Under the pieces are notes generated by a model that worked only from the letters and a program-made list of their open reading frames with translations, was not told the DNA's origin and did no database searches. A program made the position numbers and the translations under genes. From Octopus sinensis (lineage: Eukaryota): a stretch of 64,000 bases of DNA. The stretch lies in contig NC_043001.1 of the NCBI RefSeq assembly GCF_006345805.1, forward strand, positions 80,600,001 to 80,664,000, given 5' to 3'. This document shows positions 25,520 to 38,879 of this stretch, piece by piece (position 1 is the first letter of the stretch; each line of letters starts with the position of its first letter).

Positions 25520-25846
25520 ATATGGCATTGGCACTCCGTTGGTTGCGACGGCGAGAGTTCCAATTGATCCGATCAACGGAACAGCCTACTCGTGAAATTA
25601 ACGTGTAAGTGGTTGAGTACTTCACAGACATGTATACTCTCAAAGTAGCTCGTAAGAAGATTCAGTGAGACACACAATGTGACAAGGCTAGCCCTTTTCA
25701 AATAAAGTACACCTTATTTTTGTCAGCTAAGTGGACTGGAGGAACGTGAAATAAAATGTCTTGTTCAAGGACACAACGAGCCGCCTGGAATCGAACTTAC
25801 GATTGTGAACGGAATACCCTAACCCTCAAGCCATGCATCTTCACTG
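25520..25846 (-). mobile_element. SINE type 2 copy
   Basis: Reverse complement of the 17965-18251 family; has a CORE-like GTGTCCTTGAACAAGAC segment. Confidence 0.7.
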
Positions 25847-26627
25847 AGGATGGGCATGAAAACCGAATCAAAGATAGCTAGCTGAATTAAAATGTTTGCC
25901 AATCTCTCCTCACCTAAGGATCAAATGCTGTAACGGGCTCATTACTGTGCCAGCACTTATAAGTTCAACAAATCAAATAGAATATGATTGTGCAATCTCA
26001 CAGTGTTGCCTCAGAGAACTACTTCATAGCTCTTTAAACTATTCCAGCGACAAGATCTATTTTCTTGTCCGCTAAGCCACTTTCGTTGAACAAGTAAACA
26101 GATTTTTTTTTTTGCTGATGATAATCCAGTCGGTCACTTGGGCTTAGATGCAAAATTGACCGAAATAGGCACATATATTAGAGTGTGTATGTATGCGTGT
26201 CTAGTCGTATATGTGTGTGATAAGAGCTGTAATGCTCTTAGGTGTGTGTGTTTGTTTATAAAGATAAATATTTGTCAGGGGCTTAATGCGATAATTAAAG
26301 TAGGTTTATCTATCAAGGCCGAAGGAAGGCTTTTGTAAAATATTAAATTGGAAGATTTGAATCTCATGCTCTTTCCTAAAAAAAAAATAGATTAAGTGAA
26401 AGTGGAATTGCAAAAACCAGAAATCGCACCCATATCGCAGACTCGGTACATCCAGAGCTTCGCCTGTGCTCTGAATGCACTAAAAAGATTAACTCATATT
26501 GGAGGTACAGTGAATCAGCTGCTTCAAAGTAATATACTCTACCTCATGTATTGAGTACTTCATATCCCGTCTGAACACACAATTCTATGTATGGTTTGTG
26601 TATATACTCACACTCACACATACTTAA

Positions 26628-26659
<32 letters not shown>

Positions 26660-27504
26660 ATATATATATATATACACACACATATGTATGTATACATATA
26701 TATTGATAGATACATATACACATACATACATACAGAGATAAATTAATACTTGGTACATACACACACACATGTATGTATATATGTATATAATATATATGTA
26801 CAAATATGTACATATATGCTGTGTGAGAGAGAGAGAGTGTGTGTGTGTGTGTGGTGTGTGTGTGTGTGTAGTTCATGCTTAATCTCAAAATTTTCTATTC
26901 TGTCTTGGTCTCACTTTCAATCTTTATCTTTATATATTTCCTTGTCTTTTCCCTCTCATTCTCTCTCTCTCCCTCTCTCGCCCTCCCTCTCTCGCCCTCC
27001 CTCTCTCTCTCTCTCTCGTTCTCTCTCACTAACTTCTTCCTACTTTCATTATCTTAGCCTTCTTTTTCTTTCAACGTATATCATGTACTCTCCTAGTATC
27101 TTTCCTTCTCTCTTTCTTTTTATTCCTCTCACTTTTCTGTTTTCCTCATCTTTCTCTCCACCTCTCAATTGTTATTTGTATTTTTATTATTTCTCAAGTC
27201 TATCAAACCCTCCTTCTTTGTCTGTAACTCTGAACCCTCTCTCTTCCTTTCTCTCTCCCTTTCTCTCTCTCCATTTCTCTCTCTCTCTCCTTCTCTCGTT
27301 CTCTATCACTAACTTCCTCCTACTCTCATTATTTTAGCCATCTTTTTCTTTTTAATGTACAGCATATACTCTCCTTTTTTCTTTCTTTCTGTTCCCTCTC
27401 ATTTTTCTATTTCTCTTTCTCCCCTTTCGTTTATTTGTTTTTTTTTCAAGTCTATCTTATCCTCTCTTTCTTTTCCTCTTTGTCTGTGACTTTAACCCCT
27501 CTCT

Positions 27505-27544
<40 letters not shown>

Positions 27545-29036
27545 CGCTCGCTCTCCGTTTCTTTTGTCTCCCAATGCAAGAGTCTTAACATACTGTTTCA
27601 TATTTCATTGCCAAAGATAATCCTGTCAGTATATAATCCTATTAGCAAATAACATAGACAAGAAGTAGATACGACAGGTAAGAAAAAGAAAAAAAAAGAA
27701 AGAGAAAGAAATAAAGAAGTTAAACACAAAATCACAATGAACGAAAGAAAAAAGAAGAATAACAAGGAAGAACAAGAGAAAAATAGAAAGGGTACAGAAC
27801 GAGTCTGAACGAATGAGAGACAGATACTAGGAGAGATGGAATGAAATACAAAGTTATTTTTAAAAATTGCTCTAGATGCATGAAATCCATTTTGTTGTTG
27901 GTGTTTATGCTGTTGTTTTTCTAGTGCATTTATTTTTTGTTGTTAAGCTTACCAAGATTTAGTCATTGTAATAAGTTCTATGTATTCTGAGACAAAAAAA
28001 GTAACATAATAAAAAATATTATATTATTATTATTATTATTATTATTGTTGTTGTTTTTATTGTTATTTCTAACGTGGGCAGAAGGCACAGAAATTTGGAG
28101 GAAAGAGCTGTAATACCTATATAGAAATTTTCGTTCGATTCACTAACGAATCAACCATTCCAAGACATTATTACCAAAACGTTATGGCTGCAGACCAAGA
28201 CCGACATACAAAACAGTGATAAGACAGCTGGGTGGGTGGGTGAGTTGTTTACCTGGAGTAAAAAGAAGGCAAAAATCAACAAAAAGCAATAGGTAACCAA
28301 ATAATGTCAACAAAGAAAATTATTCCAATAGAGTGGAAACCACATCAAAGCAAATATACCGCCTTCCAGATTCTTCCTTCCTTTTTAATTTTTTTTACTT
28401 CTGAAACACTCATATAATCAGAACAGTATTTTTCTGCCTCTGTAGCTACGCTGCTCTCAATACGCTTAGTTAAAATGCAGTGGAAGGCAGTGCTTACTTT
28501 TCCATTCTCACAGTGCTTTACATATAACACTTGAATAAATTGATGAAGGCTTGACTTAAGTGGAAAAAGTATTACCCTAAAAAGTTTTAAATATCATCAA
28601 TTTCCGTGCTCTCAGCATTGGAACATTTTTATCATACTCCATTAGTGGTACTTGAAGTTACTGTTGAGAGCTTGGCCAGAGTAGAGAAGTGCTTTGTCCT
28701 TAAAACGTGTCAAGCTAACAGACAGAGGAAGACTATTCGTCTTTTCTTGCCGGAGGAATGCGGTGGTTTGAACTTTAAAACTCATCCTTCAGCTGTGCCA
28801 TCCTACATGTGATAGGAATTGTTCCACAGAAGCCTCCGTGTCGGTATTGCACGGACGTTCAAGGAGAGCGCGCAGGACAGCTTATATCCTGCTCTCTGTC
28901 GTTTCTTACTTCGCCTGGATTCTACTACTGATATTTCCATGTTCGGAGTAAGACGATTTACATAGCTAACAGTACATTTAGCAAGCTTTGGTGACTGTAC
29001 AGTTTGGCACTGGAGACCAGCACACACACACACACA

Positions 29037-29077
<41 letters not shown>

Positions 29078-30286
29078 ACACACACAAAGTACGCGCACAC
29101 ACACATACGCACACAATCACACATAGAAATATACACATACATAGAGTGAAAGAGATGGAGAGGGAGACAGAGGCATTACACACGCATACAAATATAACAT
29201 ACAGAGAGAGAGAGAGAGAGAGAAAGGTGGAGAGTGAAGAAAAGAGGGCAAGCAAAACAATAAAACGTCTGATGTCAAATAAGTCAGCGGCAAATAAAAG
29301 AACGCCAAACAGGTGGCACCAAGCACTTGTACTAAAACGTATCCTTTCTGTTTCTATTCCGTATGCACACAGCAATGTCAAGAACTTTTGGTAATTTTTT
29401 TTATATTCCTGGCCATGTATATCTTTAGATTGTACATAATACCTCATACCTTCTGCTATTCTCTCTAGAATGCTATCGATGTACCAGATTTAGTCAACAG
29501 ATTTCCACCTGACCTTGGTGTTGTACTTCTGCCTGACTTTGGTGTTGTACTTCCGCCCGTTTTGGTAATGTACTTCTGCCCGACTCTGATGTTCTGCTTC
29601 CATCTGAATGTCCTTTGTTTCAGACAAGATTTGACCATACTGAGAGATTTGCTTTTTCATTTCTTGTAAAAAGGACAAATTCTATTGCCAACACCCATTC
29701 CAGAACTCATCAAGTTGCTGAGATTAATGATGAGTAAGCACGCACCGAGGTTGGCATATCATTTGAGAATCTTGGGCTGAGATGACGGTGACGATCCGCT
29801 GTCATTCTTAATTTGACATATTTGTTTGCAGCTCGCCCCTTTGAGCCGCAGGTCCTAGTCAAACAACAACTGATGTCGAGAATTCTGAAATGTTACCAGT
29901 CACTCATTACACTCTACCAGCTGGACAATGTGGTTTTGTACTTCAAATACGTAATGTGATACCTTATGGGCTGGGTAAAACGTATTCGGTTTCCAGTACT
30001 TGCTGGATGAGCCGTTCAGTTTGCCCGACTCCATATCAGTACATTCAGAAATCCCAGTTGGGGATTATCAGACAACTAGAACTGCCTGAGATTTGTGATG
30101 TTTCGCTGCAGCCCTTTCCTATTGGTTATTTACACACAATTCCTGCGTGCGTCTACTATGCAATTCTAGTCGTCCACTTATGAATAATATAAACAAAACA
30201 AAAAATAAGTAAACATAAAAAGTAAAAAAAAAACATTTTAAAACAGGCAGTAAAGTAACTGCTGAAATTTCAAATGCATAAATATA

Positions 30287-31390
30287 CAGGGCGCGACGAA
30301 TAAAGTGTCGTCTAAATTGCGCAAAAATGAAAATAACACTGACATCTCATTTTAACAGATATATTTACCAGAATTACATAAAATATCTTGAAATACTAAA
30401 GAGTAAATTTATTTAATAAAATCGCTATTGGATTAAACCACGGCCTCTAGACGACTTCGGAATCTCCTGCAACTCATTTGAACGTTCTCCAGTTCATCTT
30501 TGGTGTCACAAAGAGTTTTGTTGGTCTCTTGCTCATCTGCGCTCCACACATAATAATCAAGGGGATTGCAGTCTGGGGAGTTTGGTGGCCAGATGTTAGG
30601 GGTAATGTAGTCACAGAAATTGTATGACAGCCACGACTGGGTTCTCCTGCTTGTGTAGCATGTTGCAGAGTCCTGTTACTAGACTTAGTGTCTTCCAGCA
30701 ACCATCCCCTTGATCCAGGGCAGCACTACTTTCTCCAGGCACTTTATTCAGGCCTCTGTGTTGAGTGTGAGCCTGTGTGGGAAGATGAACGGAGGCATAA
30801 TGTTGTCCTCATTAGTGATCACTCCAAACACCATGATGTTGACTGGATGTTTGATTTTTATCGCTCTCGGTACTCACCATCTGATCCTTATAGCTTGGGA
30901 TAAAAAGTGGCCCTTTCTCATCTTGTATGAGGAATATCGAATATCTTCATGCAATACCTGCCTGAAAAGAAAGTTGGGCACTCCTATGTCCATGGGGATG
31001 GACCTGGTTGATTTGGAGGGTTCATTGTCAATCATAGCCCGGATCTCACCAACAAATTCAGGAGTTCTTTTCTTATCAGAACGATCAGAGTGAGTTCCAA
31101 GTTGCCGTAACATCGTAATCACCATTAAACTCATGCAACTCTTTCTGAATTCTCTACACTGTCCTCAGATTGACACCCAAACTCTGAAATGTTTGTACTG
31201 GAGCTTCCGGCACGAATGCCAAGCAGTTAATGTCGTTTCCAAATTTCTGTCAGAGTGAATTGCATCATGATGCTGTTTTTCTCACAGACGGTGTCCTACT
31301 ATACTGTGTAGTCGACAAAATCAAAAACAAACAATGCGCATGCGCGAAATTAAAAATACAAAATGGCAACTATCTACCCATCGTACCCTG
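30287..31390 (-). mobile_element. Tc1/mariner maT-type (DD37D) transposon relic with internal deletion
   Basis: TA at 30285-30286 and 31391-31392 with CAGGG inverted termini. The minus strand reads KHPVNIMVFGVIT..QDSATCYTS..WPPNSPDCNPLDYYVWS, with 37 residues between the second and third Asp. Several stop codons. Confidence 0.85.
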
Positions 31391-31466
31391 TATTTTTCAG
31401 AGAGTAGTGAATTGACAGAATCATTAGAGCTTCTGACAAAACCCCTTCCAATGTTTGTTTCAGCTA

Positions 31467-31870
31467 AGGTGGCGAGCTGACAGAATCGTTGGTTCGCCAG
31501 GCAAAATGCTTAGCGGTATTTCGTCTGCCGCTACGTTCTGAGTTCAAATTCCGCCGAGGTCGACTTTGCCTTTCATACTTTCGGGGTCGATTAAATAAGT
31601 ACCAGTTACGCACTGGGGTCGATATAATCGACTTAATCCGTTTTTCATTCCTTGTTTGTCCCCTCTGTGTTTAGCCCCTTGTGGGTAGTAAAGAAATAGG
31701 CATTTCGTCCGCCTTTATGTTCTAAGTTCAAATCCCGTTGAGGTCCACTTTTCCTTTTATCTTTTCGAGATCGATAAAATAAGTACCAGTCGAGTATTAA
31801 AGTCGATACAATCTACTTAAACCTTCCCCTCACACACACGCGCGCGCGCACTGAAATTGCTATTCTTGTG
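31467..31870 (+). mobile_element. SINE-ii joined to the 3' part of a SINE-i
   Basis: Near-consensus head and core; the tail ..GTAAAGAAATA runs into GGCATTTCG near 31699. Confidence 0.85.
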
Positions 31871-31900
31871 CCTAAATTTTGAACCTCTATTTGCTTCGGC

Positions 31901-32540
31901 TAAGGCGGCGAACTAGCAGAATCATTAGCACTCTGGGTTAAAATACTTAGCGGCATTTCGTCCATCTTTACATTCTGAGTTCAAATTCTGCCGGGGCGGA
32001 CTTTACATTTCATTCTTCAGGATCGATAAAATAAGTTCCAGCTGAGTACAGGGGTCGATGCAATCGACTTTCCCTGAAATTACTGACCTTGTGCCAAAAT
32101 TTGAAATCGATATTTGCCTCGGATCTTTCCGATTATACTGCAAGTCCCGACTACTTTCACTTCGCCTTTCTTTGTACTGATATCGATTAAACAAAGTACC
32201 AACCAAATACTGAGATATATAATCAACTACCAATATGCCACAAGCTTTCATAATATAATAGGTCACTAAATTCCTGCCCTACCTTGGGGATCTAACGATA
32301 GGTAAAGTAACTTACCAATATATTACTGCACACTCAACATAGCAAGCGGGCAGAATTGTTAGTGCATCGGACAAAATAAATAGCAACATTTCCTCCGGCT
32401 CTTTACGTTTTGATCTTAAATATCGCTAATGTCATCTTTTCATCCCTTCTGAATCGATAACATAAGTACCAGTCAGATACTGGGGTCACTGTAATTTCTA
32501 CCCTAAAATTGCTGGCCTTATACTAAAATTTGTAACAATA
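31901..32540 (+). mobile_element. Two further SINE-i copies (31901-32110, 32345-32540)
   Basis: Head, core and tail motifs in each. Confidence 0.75.
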
Positions 32541-32544
32541 TTAC

Positions 32545-32981
32545 TCTTTCTCTTTTATTTGTTTCAGTCATTTGACTGTGGCCATGCTGGAGCACCGCCT
32601 TTAGTCGAGCAAATCGACCCCGGAACTTATTTTTTTTGTAAGCCTAGTACTTATTCTATCGGTCTCTTTTGCCGAACCGCTAAGTTACGGACACGTAAAC
32701 ACACAAGCATCGGTTGTCAAGCGATGTTGGGAGTACAAACACAGACATACAAACATACACACACACACACACACACACTCACACACACATACACACACAC
32801 ACACATATATATATATACACATATACGACGGGCTTCTTTCAGTTTCCGTCTACCAAATTCATTCACAAGGCTTTGGTTGGCCCCAGGCTATAGTAGAAGA
32901 CACTTGCCCAAGGTGCCACGCAGTGGGACTGTACCCGAAACCATGTGGTTCGTAAGCAAGCTACTTACCACAGAGGCACTC
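32545..32981 (-). mobile_element. Fourth tRNA-headed SINE family (type 4) with CORE-like segment and internal (TG)n
   Basis: Minus-strand head GAGTG.CT.TGTGGTAAG, GGCACCTTGGGCAAGTG (CORE-like), internal TG/TA repeat and a 3' GGTGCTCCAGCATGGCC motif. Confidence 0.7.
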
Positions 32982-33039
32982 AACATAACACAACACAATA
33001 CGCATACACATGTTATAAAACGATATGATATTGGTTTCC

Positions 33040-33242
33040 AATTTTGGAACAAGGCCACCAATTATGGGGTATGGGGCTAAGTCGATTACATCGACCTCAG
33101 AACTCTACTGGTACTTATTTCATCGACTCCGAAAGGATGAAAGGTAAAGTCGACCTCGATAAAATATGAACTCAGGACGTAAAGACGGACAAAATACCGC
33201 TATGCAGTTTGCTCAACAGCTAACAATTCTGCCAGCTCGCTG
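33040..33242 (-). mobile_element. SINE-i copy
   Basis: Reverse-complement head, core and tail. Confidence 0.75.
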
Positions 33243-33640
33243 TCTTTTAATACGTTATAATATTGGCAGCTCACACACTTACTTTTCCTTTTCGTTATAT
33301 ATCTTTGCCTATTATATCCCCTTTTAATGTTGTCACTTCTGCGTACCCAGAAGTGGGTACGCATATACGAAAGCAAATCGATTCGGAATTCACACGCTTT
33401 TGTATATGTCAGACACATATATATAGTGGCCACCGTGGTTAACGGTGCTTGCTGATTTTTGGCACAGCGACCAAGGCATCGTCTGTTCGGTTCTTGTAGT
33501 CGTAATTTCTGTGGGGGAATTGCGCCATCGCCTACAGTTGGCCATCATTCGCTCTCTCTCACTCACTCTCACTCACTCACTCACTCACTCACTCACTCAC
33601 TCACTCACTCACTCACTCACTCACTCTCTCTCTCTCTATC

Positions 33641-33671
<31 letters not shown>

Positions 33672-33672
33672 C

Positions 33673-33712
<40 letters not shown>

Positions 33713-34396
33713 CTTTCTCTTTAAATTTTTACTGCATTAAAAATGGAACAACGCGAAAGAAAAATAGATGTATATTCTTCAGATCAGCATCCCCTCTTCA
33801 TAAACATCATCATCACCATCATTATCATTGACGCAAAAACTATCCTCAACTTGATCATCAACAATATCAATATCTTCTTCCTCCCCCTCTCCTCTTCTTC
33901 TTCTTTCTCCTCCTCCCCATCACCATCATCATAATCATCGTCATCTTCAGCTTCGTTGTCGATGTCGTTACCAACACTATCATCGGATTCATCTCATTAT
34001 TATTATTATCAGGTTTACTATCGTGGCGATAATCATGCTGATGAAATCACGATGATGAGGATGTTGATGATTCTTCTCATCATCGTCGTCGTCATCGTTG
34101 CAATCATCATCATCATCATCATCAAAAGCAACATCAATGTCATATTCATTCTCATAGTCGTTTTTGTTGCTACTTTTTTTGTTATTATCGTTGTTGCTGT
34201 TGTTGTTGTTGTCATCGTCGTTTTGTTGCTGTTACGATATATGTTGAAGCTTGTAGATTTATTTTGATAGTTTTGTTTTTTTGTGTTTAGTTTGTGGTTA
34301 TGTTTTAGGTTGGTTTCAATAACAAATTGAATATGAAATTCTGAAAAAGCAAAGTACAAGTAAAGAAAAAAACACTAGCAGATACGTGCATAAAGA

Positions 34397-34446
<50 letters not shown>

Positions 34447-36249
34447 TATACGCATAAATACACGCATAAACACAAATACCATAGACAAAAATACGCAGAC
34501 ATATTCCAGCATACACTGACAGATACACCCACAAAAACGCAGACTCAAACACACGAAATCGCACACACACAAAAGCATACATACATTGCATAAACATACA
34601 CACACACATACAAAGACTCACACACACATACGTAGTCACACAAAAAGCACATATACAATATTCATACACACAAACACAAACATACACATATAAATACACA
34701 CCCACAGACATACACATGCACAAATAAGCACAAACACATAGACATACACAGAAATATAGGTACACACGGGGAGACACATTTACATGCACAAACACATGCA
34801 CACAGACACATATGCACGCACAGAAAGACACAAGCCCAAACACACATAAACATAAACAAACACACGCTCACACATGCGCGCACACACGTACACACACGCA
34901 CACACATACACACACACACACACACACAGAAAGTTACGCACACTTACGGTTACATGTAACAACCTCTGTAACAAACTCTATGCATAAACAGTTGTTGATA
35001 AGCATCTAGATATTATATATGCATATATTGATGTACAGAGATGTAGTTTTGTGCATAGAGATGAAACTATAATTGTGCTTTGCATAATTTGCATATAGAT
35101 AGGTCTTTAATTGTGCATGCTAAACGCACATTTTTAACCGAATGATCTAGAACTATACGTCGATAATTAATTACACATTCTTCTTTTCCTCTTTCTCCGC
35201 CTATTTCTTTTCCTTCTTCTTTACCTCTTTATCCTCCAACTACATTTTCTTCTTTTCGTCTTTCTCCTTCTATTTCTTTTGCTTCGTCTTTTCCTCTTTC
35301 TCCTTCTACTTCTTTTTCTTCGTCTTTTACTCTTTCCACTCCTACTTGATTTTCTTCTTCTCTTCTTGTTCTTCTATTCTTTTACTACTCTTTCAGAGTT
35401 CCTTTGAGATGAAAATGTATTTCATTCATATTTATTTTAAATTTCTCAATCTACTCAATCCAGTTCCACCCCACCTGGCTCTCCACACCCCATTCTTCCT
35501 CCTCCTCTTCGTCACGCACACATATTCATGTCCTCAGTATTCATCACATTTCCCACCACATCGATAAACACAGGCATACGTTCTCTTCGTCTCTTCTACC
35601 TTCTCTTCCAACCCAACCCCCGCCTTCGTTCCTTTTTGACTTACTTTTTCTTCTCCATCTCCATTTCCCTCATTATTTATGTCCTACATACTCTTGGTAA
35701 TCTTCTAGTAGCCATCATCATCATCATCATCATCATCATCATTATCATCATCATCACCAGCAGCAGCAGCACCACCGCCACTGTCACCGACATCGCCACC
35801 GCCGACACCAACATCATCAACAAGACCGACACGACGATCACCACCATCATCATCATCGTCCGCATCGTCCTCATCGTCGTCATCATCACCGTCATTATTA
35901 TTATCCTGATCATTATCCTCATCATCACCATCTTCATCATCATATTGTTTCTTGACTCTATGACACTAACTCATAGAATGAAGTAGGCTCTTAGGCTTTC
36001 ATGCCTTTCCCAGGATGTTAAAGACGAAAATAACAGGGGGTTTAAGATGGATTGGATAGGATTGTCAAAGAACTAGGCTAGTTTTTTTTCTTTATCACCA
36101 GTGCTATACTAATTCTGCCAGCCACCGATATATATGAAGAAGAAGAACAACAACAAGAAGAAGAAAAAGAACAAGAAGAAGAACAAGAAGAAGAAGAAGA
36201 AGAAGAACAAGAAGAAGAAGAACAACAACAACAACAACAATAATAATAA

Positions 36250-36446
36250 GGGTAAAGGTTTGTGGGAGGGGATGAGTCGATTACATCGATCCCAGTGTTC
36301 AGCTCGTATTTATTTTATCGATCCCGAAGGATGAAAGGCAAAGTCAACCTCGCCGGAATTTGAACCCAGAACATAGCAACGAGCGAAATACCGATAAGCA
36401 TTTCGGCCAACGTGCAAAAGATTCTGCCAGCTCACCGCCTTCAATG

Positions 36447-36478
<32 letters not shown>

Positions 36479-36692
36479 TCTTTCTACTACATGCACAAGG
36501 CCTAAAATTTGCGGGGAGGGGACAACTCGATTACATCGATCCCAGTTTTTCACTGCTACTTTATTTATCGACCCTGAAAGGATGAGAAACAAAGAGGGCC
36601 CCAGTGGAATTTGAACTCAGAACGAAAAGATGGACAAAATGCTGCTAAGCATTTCGCCTGGCGTGCTAACGATTCTTCCAGCTCACCGCCTT
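36250..36692 (-). mobile_element. Two tandem SINE-i copies separated by (TAA)n
   Basis: Copies at 36250-36441 and 36478-36692; the flanks read (TTA)n on the SINE strand. Confidence 0.8.
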
Positions 36693-36717
36693 AATAATAA
36701 TAGTAATAATAACAATC

Positions 36718-36950
36718 GTTCAACATCCTTAAACAACCCTTATTCAGGGACCTTTTGAGCGAGATGGTTCACTCGACCTGAAAAAAAATTTTAACGGGGC
36801 CCTTCCTGCAATGTCAGGCACTGTTTATCATGATGTAAGGTCACTATGTTGCACATATATGGTTGTGATGCATGTGCTTGGTGTACTCTCATCAGATATA
36901 TTGAGCTCCGTATATTGTACCCCAGTGTTACTTAGATAGTATGCACTGCC
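36718..36950 (+). mobile_element. 5'-truncated element C copy
   Basis: CAACATCCTTAAACAACCCTTATTCAGGGACC through ACCCCAGTGT.ACTT matches the 3' half of 44423-44980. Ends in (CAA)n(TAA)n. Confidence 0.8.
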
Positions 36951-36994
36951 CACAACAACAACAACAACAACAACAATAATAATAATAATAATAA

Positions 36995-37910
36995 TTTCTT
37001 TTATTAGTCACAAGGGCATAGATGTGGGGGGTTATCACAAGGACAGAAAATAATTTGTATATGGATTTACATAAAGCATAGGGAAAAAGAAATGGAAAAC
37101 GCAGTGAAATGCGATGAAGGTATGCATAGTAAACAAAGTATGTGATAACATGAAAGATGCAGTTTTCTTGATACAGGAGAAACTCCAGCTAGGGCCAGTC
37201 AAAGTACCCCACAAGCCCAGGATTACTCTGACCACCAAAAGTAAGAGTCATCTCTCTTGCTCTCCAATCTACAGGCGCATACTTTGAGTAGAGCCATTCA
37301 CTCGAACCATTTTTGCTACAGTCATCCTTCTTTTCACAAATTCACTGGGAGGTAGCACTCCCCTCTCCACTTTCACTCGCATTTTCAAGTGGAACTTAAA
37401 AATACCAGTAAGAGCTACACCGAAGAAGAAGGTACAGAACATCGTCTGCCTTGCCTTGTTCAAGGTGGGTAGTGTGACACTTCTCACGATGAATTCAGAC
37501 GATAGTCGGATTTGTCTTCCACGTGATAACACCTGTTCGACATAACTCCACAAGTCAGCAATACTCGGACATTGCATGAATTCATGCTGGACGGTTTCGT
37601 CACTGCACTCATCTCAGACAGTCCTGCTTCCGCGACGGCAGAGTTCAGCTGAAACTAGCAGTGCTCCTCGATAGCACTGCCAGGCCAAGAATTTCTGGAA
37701 CTAATACTTGGTAGTGAAGGGCTCGTAAATCATCGGAAATAGACCAGCTAGTTTATCCTCATAGACACTTAGAGTTTCCCCGAGAACATCAACGTTCCTT
37801 CCCACCACTAGATTTCTATATTTAGCTACTGTTGAACTTTCATCGACAATATTACCCTGACTGATAGAGAGAAGTGAGCGCTTGACATTCTAGATGCCAG
37901 GTGTCTAATC
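36995..37910 (-). mobile_element. Tx1/L1-like LINE 3' fragment (zf-RVT-like C-terminus and 3' UTR)
   Basis: The minus strand reads FQKFLAWQCYRGAL..DETVQHEFMQCPSIADLW..FHLKMRVKVER..MRL. The 3' end is AATAAAAGAAA followed by (TTA)n. Clade assignment rests on remembered motifs. Confidence 0.65.
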
Positions 37911-38134
37911 TTGGTCATCAATGGTTTCAATTTTTCGGGAATGAGGATAAGTTGATTACATTGATGCCAGGGCTCAGCTAATATTTATTTTATCGACTCC
38001 GAAAACAGAAAAAGCACAGTCGACCTCTGCGGAATTTAAGCTCAGAACGTAAAGACGTAATGACAAAATGCTGCTATGCGTATTGTCCTGCCTGCTAACG
38101 ATTCTGTCATTTCGTCGCCTTAAAATTACCAAAG

Positions 38135-38760
38135 TCTATCAGAAAATAATTAAGAAGGTGCTTGAAACAAAATTAAATGGAGGGAATATTATTAAAGCAA
38201 TAAATACAATGAGATATACCAGTATTAAGATACTTTAAATTTTGGTACTAGGTCAGCGATTTTAAGGAAGGGATATAATCAATTACGTCGACTTAAGTAC
38301 TCAACTCGTACTTTATTTTATCGATTCTGAAAGGATGAAAGGCAAAGTTGACCTTGATGGCATCTGAATTTAGAATGTTCAAAGCCAGGAAAAATGCCGC
38401 CGAGCATTTTGCCCGACGCGGTAAAGATTCCGCCTTACATATGATAACCGAGTGGATACTAAAAAAAGATTGAAAAAAAAAAATTAGAAATATCATGGTC
38501 AAACCAGGGAAATGAAAATGGCAATATTTTCTGTAGTAATTGATACATTTGGCAAAACATTTTAACTGCTACCTTTGAGGCTGAAAGATATTAGAATTGA
38601 GACACGCATCGCCGACTTGCGTCGACTTGCAGAAAAGCAACATCCTGCATCCTATAAAGAAACCTTAGAAAGATTCTTGAGAATTAAGATGACTATCACC
38701 AAACCTCAAGACAGCAACCTTTCTGCTGGCTAATATAACATGAAATTATCATAATTATAA
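38135..38760 (+). mobile_element. Highly decayed R4/Dong-like fragments interleaved with SINE copies
   Basis: YQKIIKKVLETKLNGGNIIKAINT near 38135-38205 resembles the RT thumb. A weak C-terminal-like stretch lies at 38500-38700. Confidence 0.45.
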
Positions 38761-38841
38761 TTATAAGAGTTCTAGGCGCTCTACTGGTATCTGTTTTATC
38801 GACTCCGAAAGATGAAAGCAAAGCCGATCGGTGGTATTTCA

Positions 38842-38879
<38 letters not shown>

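Noticed and set aside
28300-29470. Possible minus-strand splice sites (TCTCCAG acceptor near 28990, GTAAGC donor near 28495, GTATGA donor near 29448)
   Set aside because: No open, recognisable reading frame links them, and such motifs are expected by chance.
31467-31560. SINE heads as tRNA genes
   Set aside because: They have A/B boxes and GGCGG/CCGCC ends but no anticodon arm geometry, and they always continue into the SINE body.
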